A DNA stretch of 64,000 nt, taken from Roseibacillus persicicus. Its GTDB lineage: Bacteria > Verrucomicrobiota > Verrucomicrobiia > Verrucomicrobiales > Akkermansiaceae. Below, in pieces: positions 18,863 to 28,430 of this stretch; the stretch's first letter is position 1; each line of letters begins with the position of its first letter. The stretch covers positions 89,695 to 153,694 of the forward strand of contig NZ_BMXI01000002.1 of NCBI RefSeq assembly GCF_014651675.1, in the 5' to 3' direction. The position numbers and the translations under genes are program-made. The notes beneath the pieces were generated by a model. The model searched no databases and had not been told where the DNA came from. It saw only the letters and a list, made by a program, of their open reading frames with translations.

Positions 18863-19510
18863 TTACTCGGTGATCTTTTTCAGAAGGTAGACGGTGTTCG
18901 CATCGAACTCATCTGTTCCGAAGAGCTTTTTATCCTGCACCCCGACAACGCTCAGAAAGTCACCAACCCGAAGCGTGTCCGAGATCAGCGCTCCTCGCAT
19001 GTTGCGCAGCGATGCGTCATTCAGGTCGATTCGGTGGGTATGGGTTGCCGTTTGCAAAACCATTTTCCCGTCCTCGAATCGCTCGATGGTTCCCCGTAGT
19101 TCCAGAGCCGGGTGCACAACGGGGGACGGGGTGACGAATTTGACGATGATGTCCTCCTCATCCTCCGCGTTCGCTCGCAGAGTGACTCCATGGTCTTTCA
19201 GAACGACGGCTGAGGCTTCAATAGTTCGTTCTTCGTTGGGGTCGGCGTCCACTTTACCCCTGACCTTGACCCGGTCGTTTTCGATTACGTTGTAGGCTTC
19301 TTCGAAGAAATCATAGTCGTCGATTTCAACTCGGATCTCTCCCTTACCATAATCTAACAAGAATGAGCGGGAGTTCACCTCGGTCACTTTTCCGTCTAGT
19401 TCAATCCATGAATTGTTGGGCATGGTGTAGGGACTAGCGGCGAAAAGTGTGCCCGCAGAAAAGAGGGCAAGAGCCGAGGCAGACAATGTTTTGAGGTATT
19501 TCGCTTTCAT
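18863..19510 (-). CDS. hypothetical secreted protein with two tandem OB-like beta repeats
   Basis: 215 aa with signal peptide MKAKYLKTLSASALALFSAGTLFA and an internal duplication (..ELDGKVTEV.. / ..ELRGTIERF..). Confidence 0.5.
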   Translation of the reverse strand: MKAKYLKTLSASALALFSAGTLFAASPYTMPNNSWIELDGKVTEVNSRSFLLDYGKGEIRVEIDDYDFFEEAYNVIENDRVKVRGKVDADPNEERTIEASAVVLKDHGVTLRANAEDEEDIIVKFVTPSPVVHPALELRGTIERFEDGKMVLQTATHTHRIDLNDASLRNMRGALISDTLRVGDFLSVVGVQDKKLFGTDEFDANTVYLLKKITE

Positions 19511-19838
19511 AAGTTTGAATCAGTGAGTTCATCCTTACACTGGCAGCAATCGTGCCGGAAATGGGCGGCAGGCTTCTGAATAAAGCTTTAACTCGCTCAA
19601 GATAAACGAAATGAAGGGTTATTGTTCTCCGGTCAAATCCAGTCCATAGCTGTTCGGAAGTGCAAGAAAAGCAAACGAATTGCCCGACCTCCGCAACGTT
19701 TTCATGCAATTCGCCCGAGATTCGTGGTGTCGCATCCCGCGAGGTCCTTGATTCGCAGGCGGTTGCGGTGGCACCGAAGATTTGTTGAGGGAAAGGGGGG
19801 CGTGGCCCCATCCTCACTTCAGCGCAAATCGTGCGCTG

Positions 19839-20687
19839 TTAGGTTTTGAAGTCCCGCATCTGAAAAATCACGCAGGCGATGGCGAAGAGGCTGAGGTCGA
19901 GCCCGATGAGAAAGGCGAAATTGTCGACCAGCTTGGCCCATGGGAAGTTGTTTTCGAAGGCAAAGAGCCAGGTGCTCATCTTGTAGGTGATGAAGTTGGC
20001 CTCGTAGGGTTTGAAGATGGGGAACTCCTGCAAAACCATGTCGAGAAAGAGAACGCTCAGCGCCATGATGGTGGCGGTGGCGGGCTTCATTTTCATGCAG
20101 GAGAAAAGAAATCCGATAGCGGAGATGGTGCACATGCTGATACCGATGAGTAGGGCGGCAATGATCAGACGTAGCATCCCGCTGCCCCAATCCGGATAGA
20201 CCGCAAAGAGCTTCATCTTGGGGCTAAAGGCCATCATCCCACCATCCACCCCCAATGCGATCACCGCCATGGCATACCCGGTAATGCCCACGAAGATGAC
20301 GAAGGTGATGGTGTAGAGACAGGTGGAAAGAAACTTCAGCAAAAGGATGCGGAAACGCGAAACTGGCCGCGCCAAGACCATGCGCATGTTTCCGTCCTCA
20401 ACTTCCTTCGCGACAATGTCACCCGAGACGAGTGCGAAGTAGATGGAACCTAACAGAAAGAGCGAGAAGGCCATCACCATGAAAGTCACGGTCAAGGAAC
20501 TGAAGTATTCATCGGCCGCCAAACCATTCTGCACCATGAACTCCTCTTGCTTGGAGCGAATGGAATCAATTTGAAAGGTGACGAGCAGAATGAGCTCGAA
20601 TACGAGGAAGACCCCATAGCCGACATAGGTGCGCCGACGGGCAAAAAGTTTGGTGAGCTCGCCTCGGAGCTGGGTGAGAAAGATCAT
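19839..20687 (-). CDS. ABC-2 family transporter permease
   Basis: 6-TM ABC-2 type protein. Start placed at the ATG that overlaps the ATPase stop (ATGA); the ORF-track ORF extends further 5' inside the ATPase gene. Confidence 0.7.
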   Translation of the reverse strand: MIFLTQLRGELTKLFARRRTYVGYGVFLVFELILLVTFQIDSIRSKQEEFMVQNGLAADEYFSSLTVTFMVMAFSLFLLGSIYFALVSGDIVAKEVEDGNMRMVLARPVSRFRILLLKFLSTCLYTITFVIFVGITGYAMAVIALGVDGGMMAFSPKMKLFAVYPDWGSGMLRLIIAALLIGISMCTISAIGFLFSCMKMKPATATIMALSVLFLDMVLQEFPIFKPYEANFITYKMSTWLFAFENNFPWAKLVDNFAFLIGLDLSLFAIACVIFQMRDFKT

Positions 20688-21571
20688 CGGGTCACTTTTC
20701 TTGAAAATTCGAGGTAGAGGTCTTCCAGTGAGCGCTTCACCTGACGGACTTCGCGCACTTGTCCTCCGTTCTGCACCGCCTTGGCGACAACGAGGGCGAT
20801 ATCGGTAGTTTTGGGTAATACCAAATTGTTCTTTTTCACCCCGCCGCCGAACTCGACAGCCAGATTTTGCAAAAGAGAGGGAGGGTCGACCTCGAATTTT
20901 AGCACGAGCTGGTCTTCTTCCAGATCGGCACTGCCGCCTTGGAAGACCTTTCTGCCTTCCTGCAAGATCACCACACGGTCGCACATTTGCTCGACCTCAG
21001 CCAGGAGGTGACTGTTGAAGAGGACGGTCATCCCCCGGTTGTCCCTCAGGTCCAGGATGAAGTCCCGAAACCATTTGATTCCCTCAGGGTCCAATCCGTC
21101 AGTGGGTTCGTCTAACAGCAGCACCTCGGGTTCGGGCAAAAGCGCTTGGGCAAGGGCGAGCCTTTGCCGCATGCCATGGGAGTAGGTGCCGACCTTGGAG
21201 TGAATCCGGTCGTCTAGCTCAACCCGTTCCACCACCTCGTCGATCGCGGCTTTTGTAACGCCTCCGGAATAACTCGTGAGCAACTTCAGGTTGGCATAGC
21301 CACTCAGGTAATCGTAAAATCCCGGGCTTTCGAAGATTGCGCCGACTTTCGCGAGCGCTTCGGCCCGGTTCTTTTGGACGGAAATACCATCGATGCGCGT
21401 TTCGCCTTCGTCGGGAGCGACCATTCCCAACAAGATGCCGAGAGTCGTGCTTTTGCCTGCCCCGTTGTGACCCAGAAGGCCAAAGATTTCACCCTTCGCG
21501 ACAGAGAATTCCACCCCTTTCAAGGCCGGCTTCCCCGCGAACTTCTTCTTCAGCCCAATTACCTCCAGCAT
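20684..21571 (-). CDS. ABC transporter ATP-binding protein
   Basis: Walker A GHNGAGKST, signature LSGGVT-like, Walker B LLLDEPTDGLD and H-loop. Start at internal ATG MLEVIGLKKKF. Confidence 0.85.
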   Translation of the reverse strand: MLEVIGLKKKFAGKPALKGVEFSVAKGEIFGLLGHNGAGKSTTLGILLGMVAPDEGETRIDGISVQKNRAEALAKVGAIFESPGFYDYLSGYANLKLLTSYSGGVTKAAIDEVVERVELDDRIHSKVGTYSHGMRQRLALAQALLPEPEVLLLDEPTDGLDPEGIKWFRDFILDLRDNRGMTVLFNSHLLAEVEQMCDRVVILQEGRKVFQGGSADLEEDQLVLKFEVDPPSLLQNLAVEFGGGVKKNNLVLPKTTDIALVVAKAVQNGGQVREVRQVKRSLEDLYLEFSRKVTR

Positions 21572-21575
21572 TTTG

Positions 21576-22121
21576 TTAGTTTTTCGCGTGTCCGAGGGCT
21601 CCACCGCCCACCGAGAACTTGACCTCATCGTCGGTTCGAAAGTCCCCGTAGAGTAGGTTCGTTCCATTTTCATCTCCATGAAAGGCCTCCTTGTCGCCGA
21701 CCAAAGGAATCTTGGAGGCTTGATTGCCTCCGAAAAAGTTCATCGCTTCGCGCGCGGTTCCGCTCACCACATTATTCCAAGCGTAACTGGATCCCGATTT
21801 CTTGAAAAATTCGCGGTCCGCGGGGCAGTGGAAGATGTCGGGGTTGGAGTTGTATTTCTTGAGAACGACTTCCAGCACCGGGACGTCCGCATTTCGACTG
21901 GCCCGCATGGATTGGAGGTCGGGCAAGCGTCCATGATTGTCGCGGCAGTATGAGTCCAGGGCAAAACCGATCTCGCGTAGGTTCGACTGGCAGCGCAGCT
22001 TCTGACTTTTCACCAAGACGGAACGCCCAATCGGAACAACCACTGCACCTAAAACAGCGATGACTCCGACAACGATGAGAAGCTCGGTGAGGGTAAATCC
22101 TTTTTGGGATGAACTTTTCAC
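21576..22121 (-). CDS. prepilin-type N-terminal cleavage/methylation domain protein with DUF1559 (type II secretion pseudopilin-like)
   Basis: Class III signal KGFTLTELLIVVGVIAVLGAVVVP, then LRCQSNLREIGFAL and a C-terminal DUF1559 region. GTG start overlaps the stop of the upstream gene (GTGA). Confidence 0.75.
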   Translation of the reverse strand: MKSSSQKGFTLTELLIVVGVIAVLGAVVVPIGRSVLVKSQKLRCQSNLREIGFALDSYCRDNHGRLPDLQSMRASRNADVPVLEVVLKKYNSNPDIFHCPADREFFKKSGSSYAWNNVVSGTAREAMNFFGGNQASKIPLVGDKEAFHGDENGTNLLYGDFRTDDEVKFSVGGGALGHAKN

Positions 22122-22741
22122 ATTCCTCCTCCTTGAAAAGGTTGACCCCGAATACCTTGCATGACCTCGTTGGTGGCCTTTAGGAAAGGGGCCATCTCCA
22201 TCTTGGTTTCGGCGCTGGCGTTTTCGAAATAGGCTTTCATTCCATTTTGCGTGATGCGCTCCATGATTTTGGGATCCTTCGCCATCATCTTCTCCAAGCG
22301 GCGCTCGGTGGTGCCATCTTCGAGCTCGCGAAATCCTCGCTCGACGAAATCGCGCCGTGCTTCCGGAGTGAGAGCGTCCAGCGCTTCGAAAAAGCGCGTG
22401 AAGGACTCCATCGTCAGGTCCACAAATTGACGGCGTTCGCTCGCGGAGAGTTTGTCCCACAGCCCTTCCAGGGTATCACGGGCCTCCTCCTGTCCGCTCA
22501 AATCGAGTCGATTCACAACGGAAGCGACTTTCTCCAACGACTCCCGGCGTTGGCGGGTGACTTCATCATTGGGGAGGTCTCCGTACTGGGAAAAGTCCTC
22601 GAGATTGGCTTCGGCAACGAGCTCTTCGATGCGCTCCGGTGTTGCCCGGTGGGGCGCGACGAGGGCCTTGATGCCGTAGACAACTATCCAAAGAGCGACC
22701 AAGCCTCCTGCCACCTTCACTATCAAGGACCAACGATTCAC
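22118..22741 (-). CDS. hypothetical N-terminally membrane-anchored alpha-helical protein
   Basis: 207 aa with TM LIVKVAGGLVALWIVVYGI and a charged helical remainder. First gene of the pseudopilin/ABC operon. Confidence 0.5.
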   Translation of the reverse strand: MNRWSLIVKVAGGLVALWIVVYGIKALVAPHRATPERIEELVAEANLEDFSQYGDLPNDEVTRQRRESLEKVASVVNRLDLSGQEEARDTLEGLWDKLSASERRQFVDLTMESFTRFFEALDALTPEARRDFVERGFRELEDGTTERRLEKMMAKDPKIMERITQNGMKAYFENASAETKMEMAPFLKATNEVMQGIRGQPFQGGGM

Positions 22742-23002
22742 GGGCGCAACCTAACCTCACTTTGCTCCTGCGCAACTGCGGAAAATTGACCTTAAAAACT
22801 GCATCTTACTCTCGGGTTTCGTGAAGTCTGGTTTGGCCGATATTTCGGCGCTAAATATTATTAACGAGTAGTCATTATTCTCATAAATCGTTTATCCTTA
22901 AATTTTTAAACGGGCGAGATCTCCAAGGTCTGGGGAAGGTTAAGGTGTGAAAATTTCGGGTCGTTGACTGCTCAATATCAGTGTGTTCCGACTGGAGGAG
23001 TT

Positions 23003-23422
23003 ATGAAGACCACCCTTACTGTTCTGTTCACCAGTTTGATGGCTCTCGCGTCGTTCGCGCAGGGAGACACCTATCGCACTCTTACGGGGTACTTGGATAC
23101 GATCCAAGTTCCTTCGGGCCAGACGGCCTTCGTCGTCAGCGCCACCTCCCAAGTGGTTCTCGGCGTGGAGCGTTCGGGCGAATACCCGGTGCAATTCCGC
23201 TTCGCAGAGCCCCGCCACAATTGTCACTGCCAGTCCAGTTACTCGAGCTACCGGAACCGCAACCTTTTGCCCGCGCCGAGCATGAACAACCCCGTGCCGA
23301 TTGCCGGACCGGCCAAGTTGGTCCTGCGCACCAGCGGAATGATTACGCTGAGCATTCCCGACCAACGCCGCAGCAGCATCACCACCTCTGGTCCTGCTGT
23401 TCGTCGTTTCGCGAAAAACTAA
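23003..23422 (+). CDS. hypothetical secreted protein
   Basis: Signal peptide MKTTLTVLFTSLMALASFAQG. Start at internal ATG preceded by ggaggag. Confidence 0.45.
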   Translation: MKTTLTVLFTSLMALASFAQGDTYRTLTGYLDTIQVPSGQTAFVVSATSQVVLGVERSGEYPVQFRFAEPRHNCHCQSSYSSYRNRNLLPAPSMNNPVPIAGPAKLVLRTSGMITLSIPDQRRSSITTSGPAVRRFAKN

Positions 23423-23534
23423 GCTCTTCAGGAGCGGGGGACGGGCTCTCCGAGGCCTTTGATGTCTTCTGGTGGTGTTGAATGAGGGAAAAGATTTCCC
23501 GCCTTCGCACTTTCCCCGTTGCCGCTCCCTCGCT

Positions 23535-24512
23535 ATGAGAGGCGCCATGCGAATTCTCACTGGACTGCAGCCTTCGGGCAGGCTCCATATCGGCAATTAC
23601 TTTGGGGCCATGGAACCCGCTGTTCGTCTGCAGGACGAGGGCGAGGCCTTCTATTTCATGGCGAACTATCATGCGATGACGTCGACTGGCGATCCTGCGG
23701 CTCTGCGCGAGAACGTGCGGGGGCTGGCCATCGACTTTCTCGCTTGCGGTCTCGATCCGGCAAAGGCCTTTTTCTTCCGTCAATCGGACGTCCCGGAGGT
23801 CAACGAGCTGGCTTGGATTCTCTCCACTGTTTGTCCTATGGGACTCTTGGAGCGTTGCCATTCTTATAAGGACAAAGTTGCGAAAGGCCTTTCCGCGAAC
23901 CATGCCCTCTTCGCCTATCCCGTGCTGATGGCAGCAGATATTCTCCTCTATGATGCCAACCTTGTGCCCGTGGGCGAGGACCAGAAGCAGCACTTGGAAG
24001 TGACTCGCGATTTGGTGGGCAAAATCAACGAGCGATATGGTGAGGGCACGCTGGTGCTTCCCGAAGCACGTATTCGCGAGGATGTCGCGAAGGTGCCGGG
24101 CCTCGATGGGCAAAAGATGTCCAAGAGCTACAACAACACCATTCCCATCTTTGGAGCGCAGAAAAAGATTCGCAAGCTGGTGATGAAGATCGAGACCGAC
24201 TCCACGCCTATCGAAGCTCCCAAGCCTACCGAAAACTCCATCATCCTCGACCTCTATCGCTTCTTTGCCAGTGAGGCTGACCAAGCCCAGTTGAAAGCGG
24301 ACTTTGAGGCCGGCGGATTCGGCTACGGTGATCTGAAGCAGCGTCTCTTCGATGCCTACTGGGACTACTTCGCTCCCATGCGCGAGCGTCGCGAGGAGTT
24401 GGAAAAGGACGATGCCTACGTGGAAAAAGTCCTCGCGGATGGAGCAGCCCGAGCGCGCGAGGAAGCGGACAAGGTCCTAACCCGAGTGCGCAAGGCGGTC
24501 GGACTTCGTTAG
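23535..24512 (+). CDS. trpS: tryptophan--tRNA ligase
   Basis: Class I HIGH-type motif TGLQPSGRLHIGNYFGA and KMSKS. Start at an internal ATG; 23547 is an equally possible start. Confidence 0.9.
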   Translation: MRGAMRILTGLQPSGRLHIGNYFGAMEPAVRLQDEGEAFYFMANYHAMTSTGDPAALRENVRGLAIDFLACGLDPAKAFFFRQSDVPEVNELAWILSTVCPMGLLERCHSYKDKVAKGLSANHALFAYPVLMAADILLYDANLVPVGEDQKQHLEVTRDLVGKINERYGEGTLVLPEARIREDVAKVPGLDGQKMSKSYNNTIPIFGAQKKIRKLVMKIETDSTPIEAPKPTENSIILDLYRFFASEADQAQLKADFEAGGFGYGDLKQRLFDAYWDYFAPMRERREELEKDDAYVEKVLADGAARAREEADKVLTRVRKAVGLR

Positions 24513-24564
24513 TTCGTCACGACTGTAGGCTTGCTCTCGAGAGCTGGGTGAGGATGCTGGCGGC

Positions 24565-25497
24565 ATGCTCAAGTTGCCCTTCTTGCTCACGCTTTTCTCC
24601 CTCTCGGTATTGTCGGCGGAGGAACCCTTTGGTCGTCAGGTGAGTGAGACTGGAGTGCGTCACTCCTTTCTTCTCGCGGGGGCGACCACGGCTTTGATTA
24701 GTGAGGAGGGAGAGGTGCTTTGGAAGACTCCGGGCAAAGCGCGCGATGGCTTTGTGCTGGAGAACAACAATGTTCTCGTCACCATCGGAAATGTTGCGAA
24801 GGAGTTCGCCGAAGGGACCCAAGATGTGGTCTGGAGCTATCAGCTGCACAAAGACAACCAAGAACTGGGCTCAGCTGTTCGGCTCGCAAATGGCAATACC
24901 CTTGTGGTGGAAAGAGGGGAAAATCCGCGCCTGTTAGAAATTGATCCGAAGGGTGAGCCCGTTGTTGAGGTTCCGCTGCAGCCTGAGACGGAAAGAATCC
25001 ACATGCAGACCCGAATGGCGAGAAAGCTGCCCAATGGCAATTATCTTGTTCCTCATCTTCTGGCCTTTGCGGTGAAGGAATACACTGCGGAGGGAAAAGT
25101 CGTTCGCACCATTCGGACGGACTTGGAAGAGTGGGGTGGGCGCGAGGCCAAGACTTGGCCCTTTACTGCAATCCATCTTGAAAACGGCAATACCCTCGTC
25201 AACCTCACCAATGGCAATCGGACTGCTGAGTTTGATTCCGAAGGAAAGCTGGTCTGGTCGCTTTCGAACAAGGAGGTGGGAGGGCGATTTGCCGATCCGT
25301 GTGGAGGCCAGCGCTTGCCCAATGGCAATACGGTGATCTGTAGCTATGGGCAGAAAAACGGGGAGATGCCCCGTGTCTTTGAAGTCGACCGGGCGGGCAA
25401 GGTGGTGTGGGAGTTTTTCCACCCTTCGGTTGGGGGCGCGCACGAGATTCACGTGCTCACCACCAACGGAGAAGCGCTCGGAAAGCCCCTGAAGTAG
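24565..25497 (+). CDS. secreted beta-propeller repeat protein (LPNGN-type blades, arylsulfotransferase/PQQ-like fold)
   Basis: Signal peptide MLKLPFLLTLFSLSVLSA. Repeated xLxNGNTLV blades (RLANGNTLVV, KLPNGNYLV, HLENGNTLVN, RLPNGNTVIC). Confidence 0.55.
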   Translation: MLKLPFLLTLFSLSVLSAEEPFGRQVSETGVRHSFLLAGATTALISEEGEVLWKTPGKARDGFVLENNNVLVTIGNVAKEFAEGTQDVVWSYQLHKDNQELGSAVRLANGNTLVVERGENPRLLEIDPKGEPVVEVPLQPETERIHMQTRMARKLPNGNYLVPHLLAFAVKEYTAEGKVVRTIRTDLEEWGGREAKTWPFTAIHLENGNTLVNLTNGNRTAEFDSEGKLVWSLSNKEVGGRFADPCGGQRLPNGNTVICSYGQKNGEMPRVFEVDRAGKVVWEFFHPSVGGAHEIHVLTTNGEALGKPLK

Positions 25498-25515
25498 TAG
25501 CGGCGAGTTGAACTG

Positions 25516-26454
25516 TTAGGCGGGTAGGGTCACCTGTAGGACGACACTGTCTTCACTGGCGGTGAGGGGAGCTGCTCCCTTGGGCAAGAGCAAGAAGTCA
25601 CCGGCTTGATAGGAGCCCTCCGCTGAAGTCAGCTTTCCCGAAACAACCGCGAGGACTGAAAAAGAATCGGCTTTGGGATTGGCGATCTCTTCACCGGCCG
25701 CAACTTTGAGTTCATCGGTTTGAAAGTATTCGCAAGTGGCCAGGGTGTTCCCGACGGGGGTGTCCATGGCAGGCTCGAAGTCATCGAAGTCGATGGAGGC
25801 CAGGGACTCGTCGATGTGCAACTCGCGGGGCTCGCCATCCAGGCCCAGGCGGTTCCAGTCAAAGACCCGGTAGGTGGTGTCGGAGTTTTGCTGAATCTCG
25901 AAAATCAAGTTCCCGCCGCCAATAGCATGGAGCCGGCCTGAAGGAATGAAGATGGACTCGCCTTCTTTTGGAGCAATGCGGTGGACGTAATCCGCGACCG
26001 TGCCGACTTTGATGGAGGTCTCGAATTGCTCGCGGGTCACCCCGTCTTTCAGACCGATATAGAGACTGGCCCGTTCCTCCGCCCCGGCGAGATACCACAT
26101 CTCGGTCTTGGGCTCGCCATTCAATGAGGGAGCCAATTCCGCGGGCGGATGAACTTGGATCGAGAGGTCGTCCTGGCAATCGAGGATTTTGATCAGGATG
26201 GGAAAGCGCTCCGAGTCCGGCAAGTTGTCGCCAAAGACTTCCGCGCGATGTTGGGTCCAAAGCTCGTGGAGGGTTTTTCCCACGTAGTTGTTAGAAGTGA
26301 CGACCGATTGATCGTCCTCGCGGTCGACCAGCTCCCAAGACTCGCCATAGGGCTGGTCATCGGGAAGGGCTCGGCCATAGCGGCTTTCCAAAACACGTCC
26401 GCCCCAGACGCGAGTTTTATAAAGGGGCTGAAAGGTGAGGGGAGTTTGGCTCAT
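25516..26454 (-). CDS. manA: mannose-6-phosphate isomerase, class I (cupin)
   Basis: LYKTRVWGG...GESWEL...FPILIKILDCQDDLSIQVHP motifs. Confidence 0.85.
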   Translation of the reverse strand: MSQTPLTFQPLYKTRVWGGRVLESRYGRALPDDQPYGESWELVDREDDQSVVTSNNYVGKTLHELWTQHRAEVFGDNLPDSERFPILIKILDCQDDLSIQVHPPAELAPSLNGEPKTEMWYLAGAEERASLYIGLKDGVTREQFETSIKVGTVADYVHRIAPKEGESIFIPSGRLHAIGGGNLIFEIQQNSDTTYRVFDWNRLGLDGEPRELHIDESLASIDFDDFEPAMDTPVGNTLATCEYFQTDELKVAAGEEIANPKADSFSVLAVVSGKLTSAEGSYQAGDFLLLPKGAAPLTASEDSVVLQVTLPA

Positions 26455-26490
26455 CTCGTTGAAGTTCGCTGTTAGGTAATGCCTTTGCCT

Positions 26491-27561
26491 CTAGAGCAAC
26501 TCGTCGGGCAGCAGGGCGGAGAGCTTCTTGATGGCGTCGGCCTGGTGGCGGTTGGCGACCAAGAGGGCGTCGTCGGTTTGCACCACGATGAGGTCATCCA
26601 CTCCGAGAAGGGCGACTTTGATGCCTTTTTGATTATTGAAGACGATGTTGTTCTCCGAGTCGATGAGAGCGAGGTCGCTGTTGGTGGCGTTGTTGTTGCC
26701 TTGCTGCTTGAGGTATTTCGCGACTGAGATCCAAGAGCCGACATCGTCCCAGTCGAAGGTCGCTTCGATGTTGAGCACTCGCTCGGCATTCTCCATGAGC
26801 GCATAGTCGATGGAGATGGGGGTTAGGTCGGGGAACTGGGCGTTGACCGTTGCGGGGAGGTCGTTGGATTGGCAAAGCTCTTGAACAAAGTGACGCAGCT
26901 CGGGCGCGTGCTTTTCCAACTGGGCGAGGACGGTGGGTACCGACCAGATGAACATGCCCGCATTCCAGGCGAAGTTGCCGGCGGCGAGGAACTTCTCCGC
27001 CAATTCCGAGTCAGGCTTTTCGCGGAAGCAGGTCACTTCGTAGGGCGCGTTCTCCACGGTGCAATCGGTGAGGGTCGCCTTGCCACCGCGCTCGATGTAA
27101 CCGTAGCTGGGGCAGGCCCAAGTGGGCTTGATGCCGACAGTGACGAGGGCGTCGGTCTTTCCGGCCACCTCCACGGCATCGCGCATCACTTGCTGATAGG
27201 CGGCGGTGTCTTGGATCAGTTGGTCGGCGGGGAGTACCATCATGGTAGCTTCCGGATCGCGGGCGGCGATGAGACCAATGCCCAGAGCCACTGCCGGGGC
27301 CGTGTCGCGTTTGGCGGGTTCGGCGAAAATGTTTTCCGCGGGCAGCATGGAGGCGACTTCGCGGGTCTTCTCCTCCTGAATGGCGTTGGTCAGGATGAAA
27401 ATGTTCTCGTGGGGCACCAGGCCCTCCAACCGGGCGATGGTCTGCTCCAGCAAAGTGCCGTCGCCAAAGAGATCGAGCAGTTGCTTGGGCTGACTGTTGC
27501 GGGAAAGGGGCCAGAAGCGGGTTCCGGAGCCTCCGGCCAAAATAAGGGCATAGTTGGACAT
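26491..27561 (-). CDS. manC: mannose-1-phosphate guanylyltransferase
   Basis: N-terminal ALILAGGSGTRFWPLSR nucleotidyltransferase motif. 356 aa. Confidence 0.85.
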   Translation of the reverse strand: MSNYALILAGGSGTRFWPLSRNSQPKQLLDLFGDGTLLEQTIARLEGLVPHENIFILTNAIQEEKTREVASMLPAENIFAEPAKRDTAPAVALGIGLIAARDPEATMMVLPADQLIQDTAAYQQVMRDAVEVAGKTDALVTVGIKPTWACPSYGYIERGGKATLTDCTVENAPYEVTCFREKPDSELAEKFLAAGNFAWNAGMFIWSVPTVLAQLEKHAPELRHFVQELCQSNDLPATVNAQFPDLTPISIDYALMENAERVLNIEATFDWDDVGSWISVAKYLKQQGNNNATNSDLALIDSENNIVFNNQKGIKVALLGVDDLIVVQTDDALLVANRHQADAIKKLSALLPDELL

Positions 27562-27637
27562 GGGGCGCAGACTACAGAAAGCCTAAGCTTTTTGAAGGGC
27601 GAATGTGTGCCCAAATCGTGATGGGTATGAAGACCCC

Positions 27638-27943
27638 TCAATCCCCAAGATTCCGAAGATACTGGTAGGAATAGAGCCCGGTGGAATGTCCGTCGCCCCA
27701 GCGAAACTGCAGCGCGTAACCGCCTACGGTCTCCCAGCTGATTAGGTCAAAGGCCTTCGGCCCCAGAGTGGGATTGGGGCGCACGACCCGTCCCAGTGCA
27801 TCGGGCTCTCCCTGGCAATTCGCGCAGGGACAGGCCCGGCGCAGGGCCTCGAAGGTGTAGTAGTTCTCTTCGCCATCGCTCCAGGCCAACGCAAGTTGGT
27901 TGCCCATGACGGCGGCGTTCGTGAGTGAAAAAGTTTTGTCCAC
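27638..27943 (-). CDS. DUF971 (gamma-butyrobetaine hydroxylase N-terminal-like) domain protein
   Basis: 101 aa. ALRRACPCANCQGE and the WGDGHSTGLYSYQYL pattern. Confidence 0.7.
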   Translation of the reverse strand: MDKTFSLTNAAVMGNQLALAWSDGEENYYTFEALRRACPCANCQGEPDALGRVVRPNPTLGPKAFDLISWETVGGYALQFRWGDGHSTGLYSYQYLRNLGD

Positions 27944-27958
27944 AAGAGTGTTCCCGGA

Positions 27959-28399
27959 TTAGCGGCCTTTCAATTGACCCGCTGCGCCCTCGGGCCAGAC
28001 GGCTCCCGCAGAGATCCAACGCTCGAGAACTTCCAGATCACTGGGCGCAATCTTAATGCCGACGGCCGGCATCTTCAGGGTGGGGTGTTGTCCGCTGGCG
28101 GCCAGATAGAAAAGGCTTTGGTTGGGTTTGCCGGGGACAATGCGTTTGTTCTTAAAGGCTTCCTCCCGATTGGTCAGCTTGTACGGCATCTTTTTGTCGC
28201 TTCCATCGTGGCACCAGACGCAACGCTCTTCCAAGATAGGCTTCACGTGGCGGGCGAATTCGATACGGCTTCTGGTTTCTGCCTGAACCCGGGCGCTGAG
28301 CACGGGCTTCCCGTCGAGCTGGGTTTCGGAGTCTCCATCCTTGCCGCAAGAGGCCAAAAGAAGCGCGCTTGCTAAAAAGACACTGGTTATTGCTTTCAT
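27959..28399 (-). CDS. c-type cytochrome-like lipoprotein (single CxxCH, PSCyt-like)
   Basis: Lipobox LLASCG and the heme motif CVWCH. Start at the internal ATG (MKAITS). Confidence 0.55.
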   Translation of the reverse strand: MKAITSVFLASALLLASCGKDGDSETQLDGKPVLSARVQAETRSRIEFARHVKPILEERCVWCHDGSDKKMPYKLTNREEAFKNKRIVPGKPNQSLFYLAASGQHPTLKMPAVGIKIAPSDLEVLERWISAGAVWPEGAAGQLKGR

Positions 28400-28430
28400 C
28401 TGATTCAGTTTGTAAACTCTTCCTCGCACT

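Noticed and set aside
21576-22460. Long N-terminal extension (113 aa, Arg/His/Gly-rich) of the pseudopilin ORF
   Set aside because: The extension runs through the upstream gene in another frame. The class III prepilin signal must be N-terminal, and a GTG with an AGGAGGA Shine-Dalgarno lies exactly at the right place.
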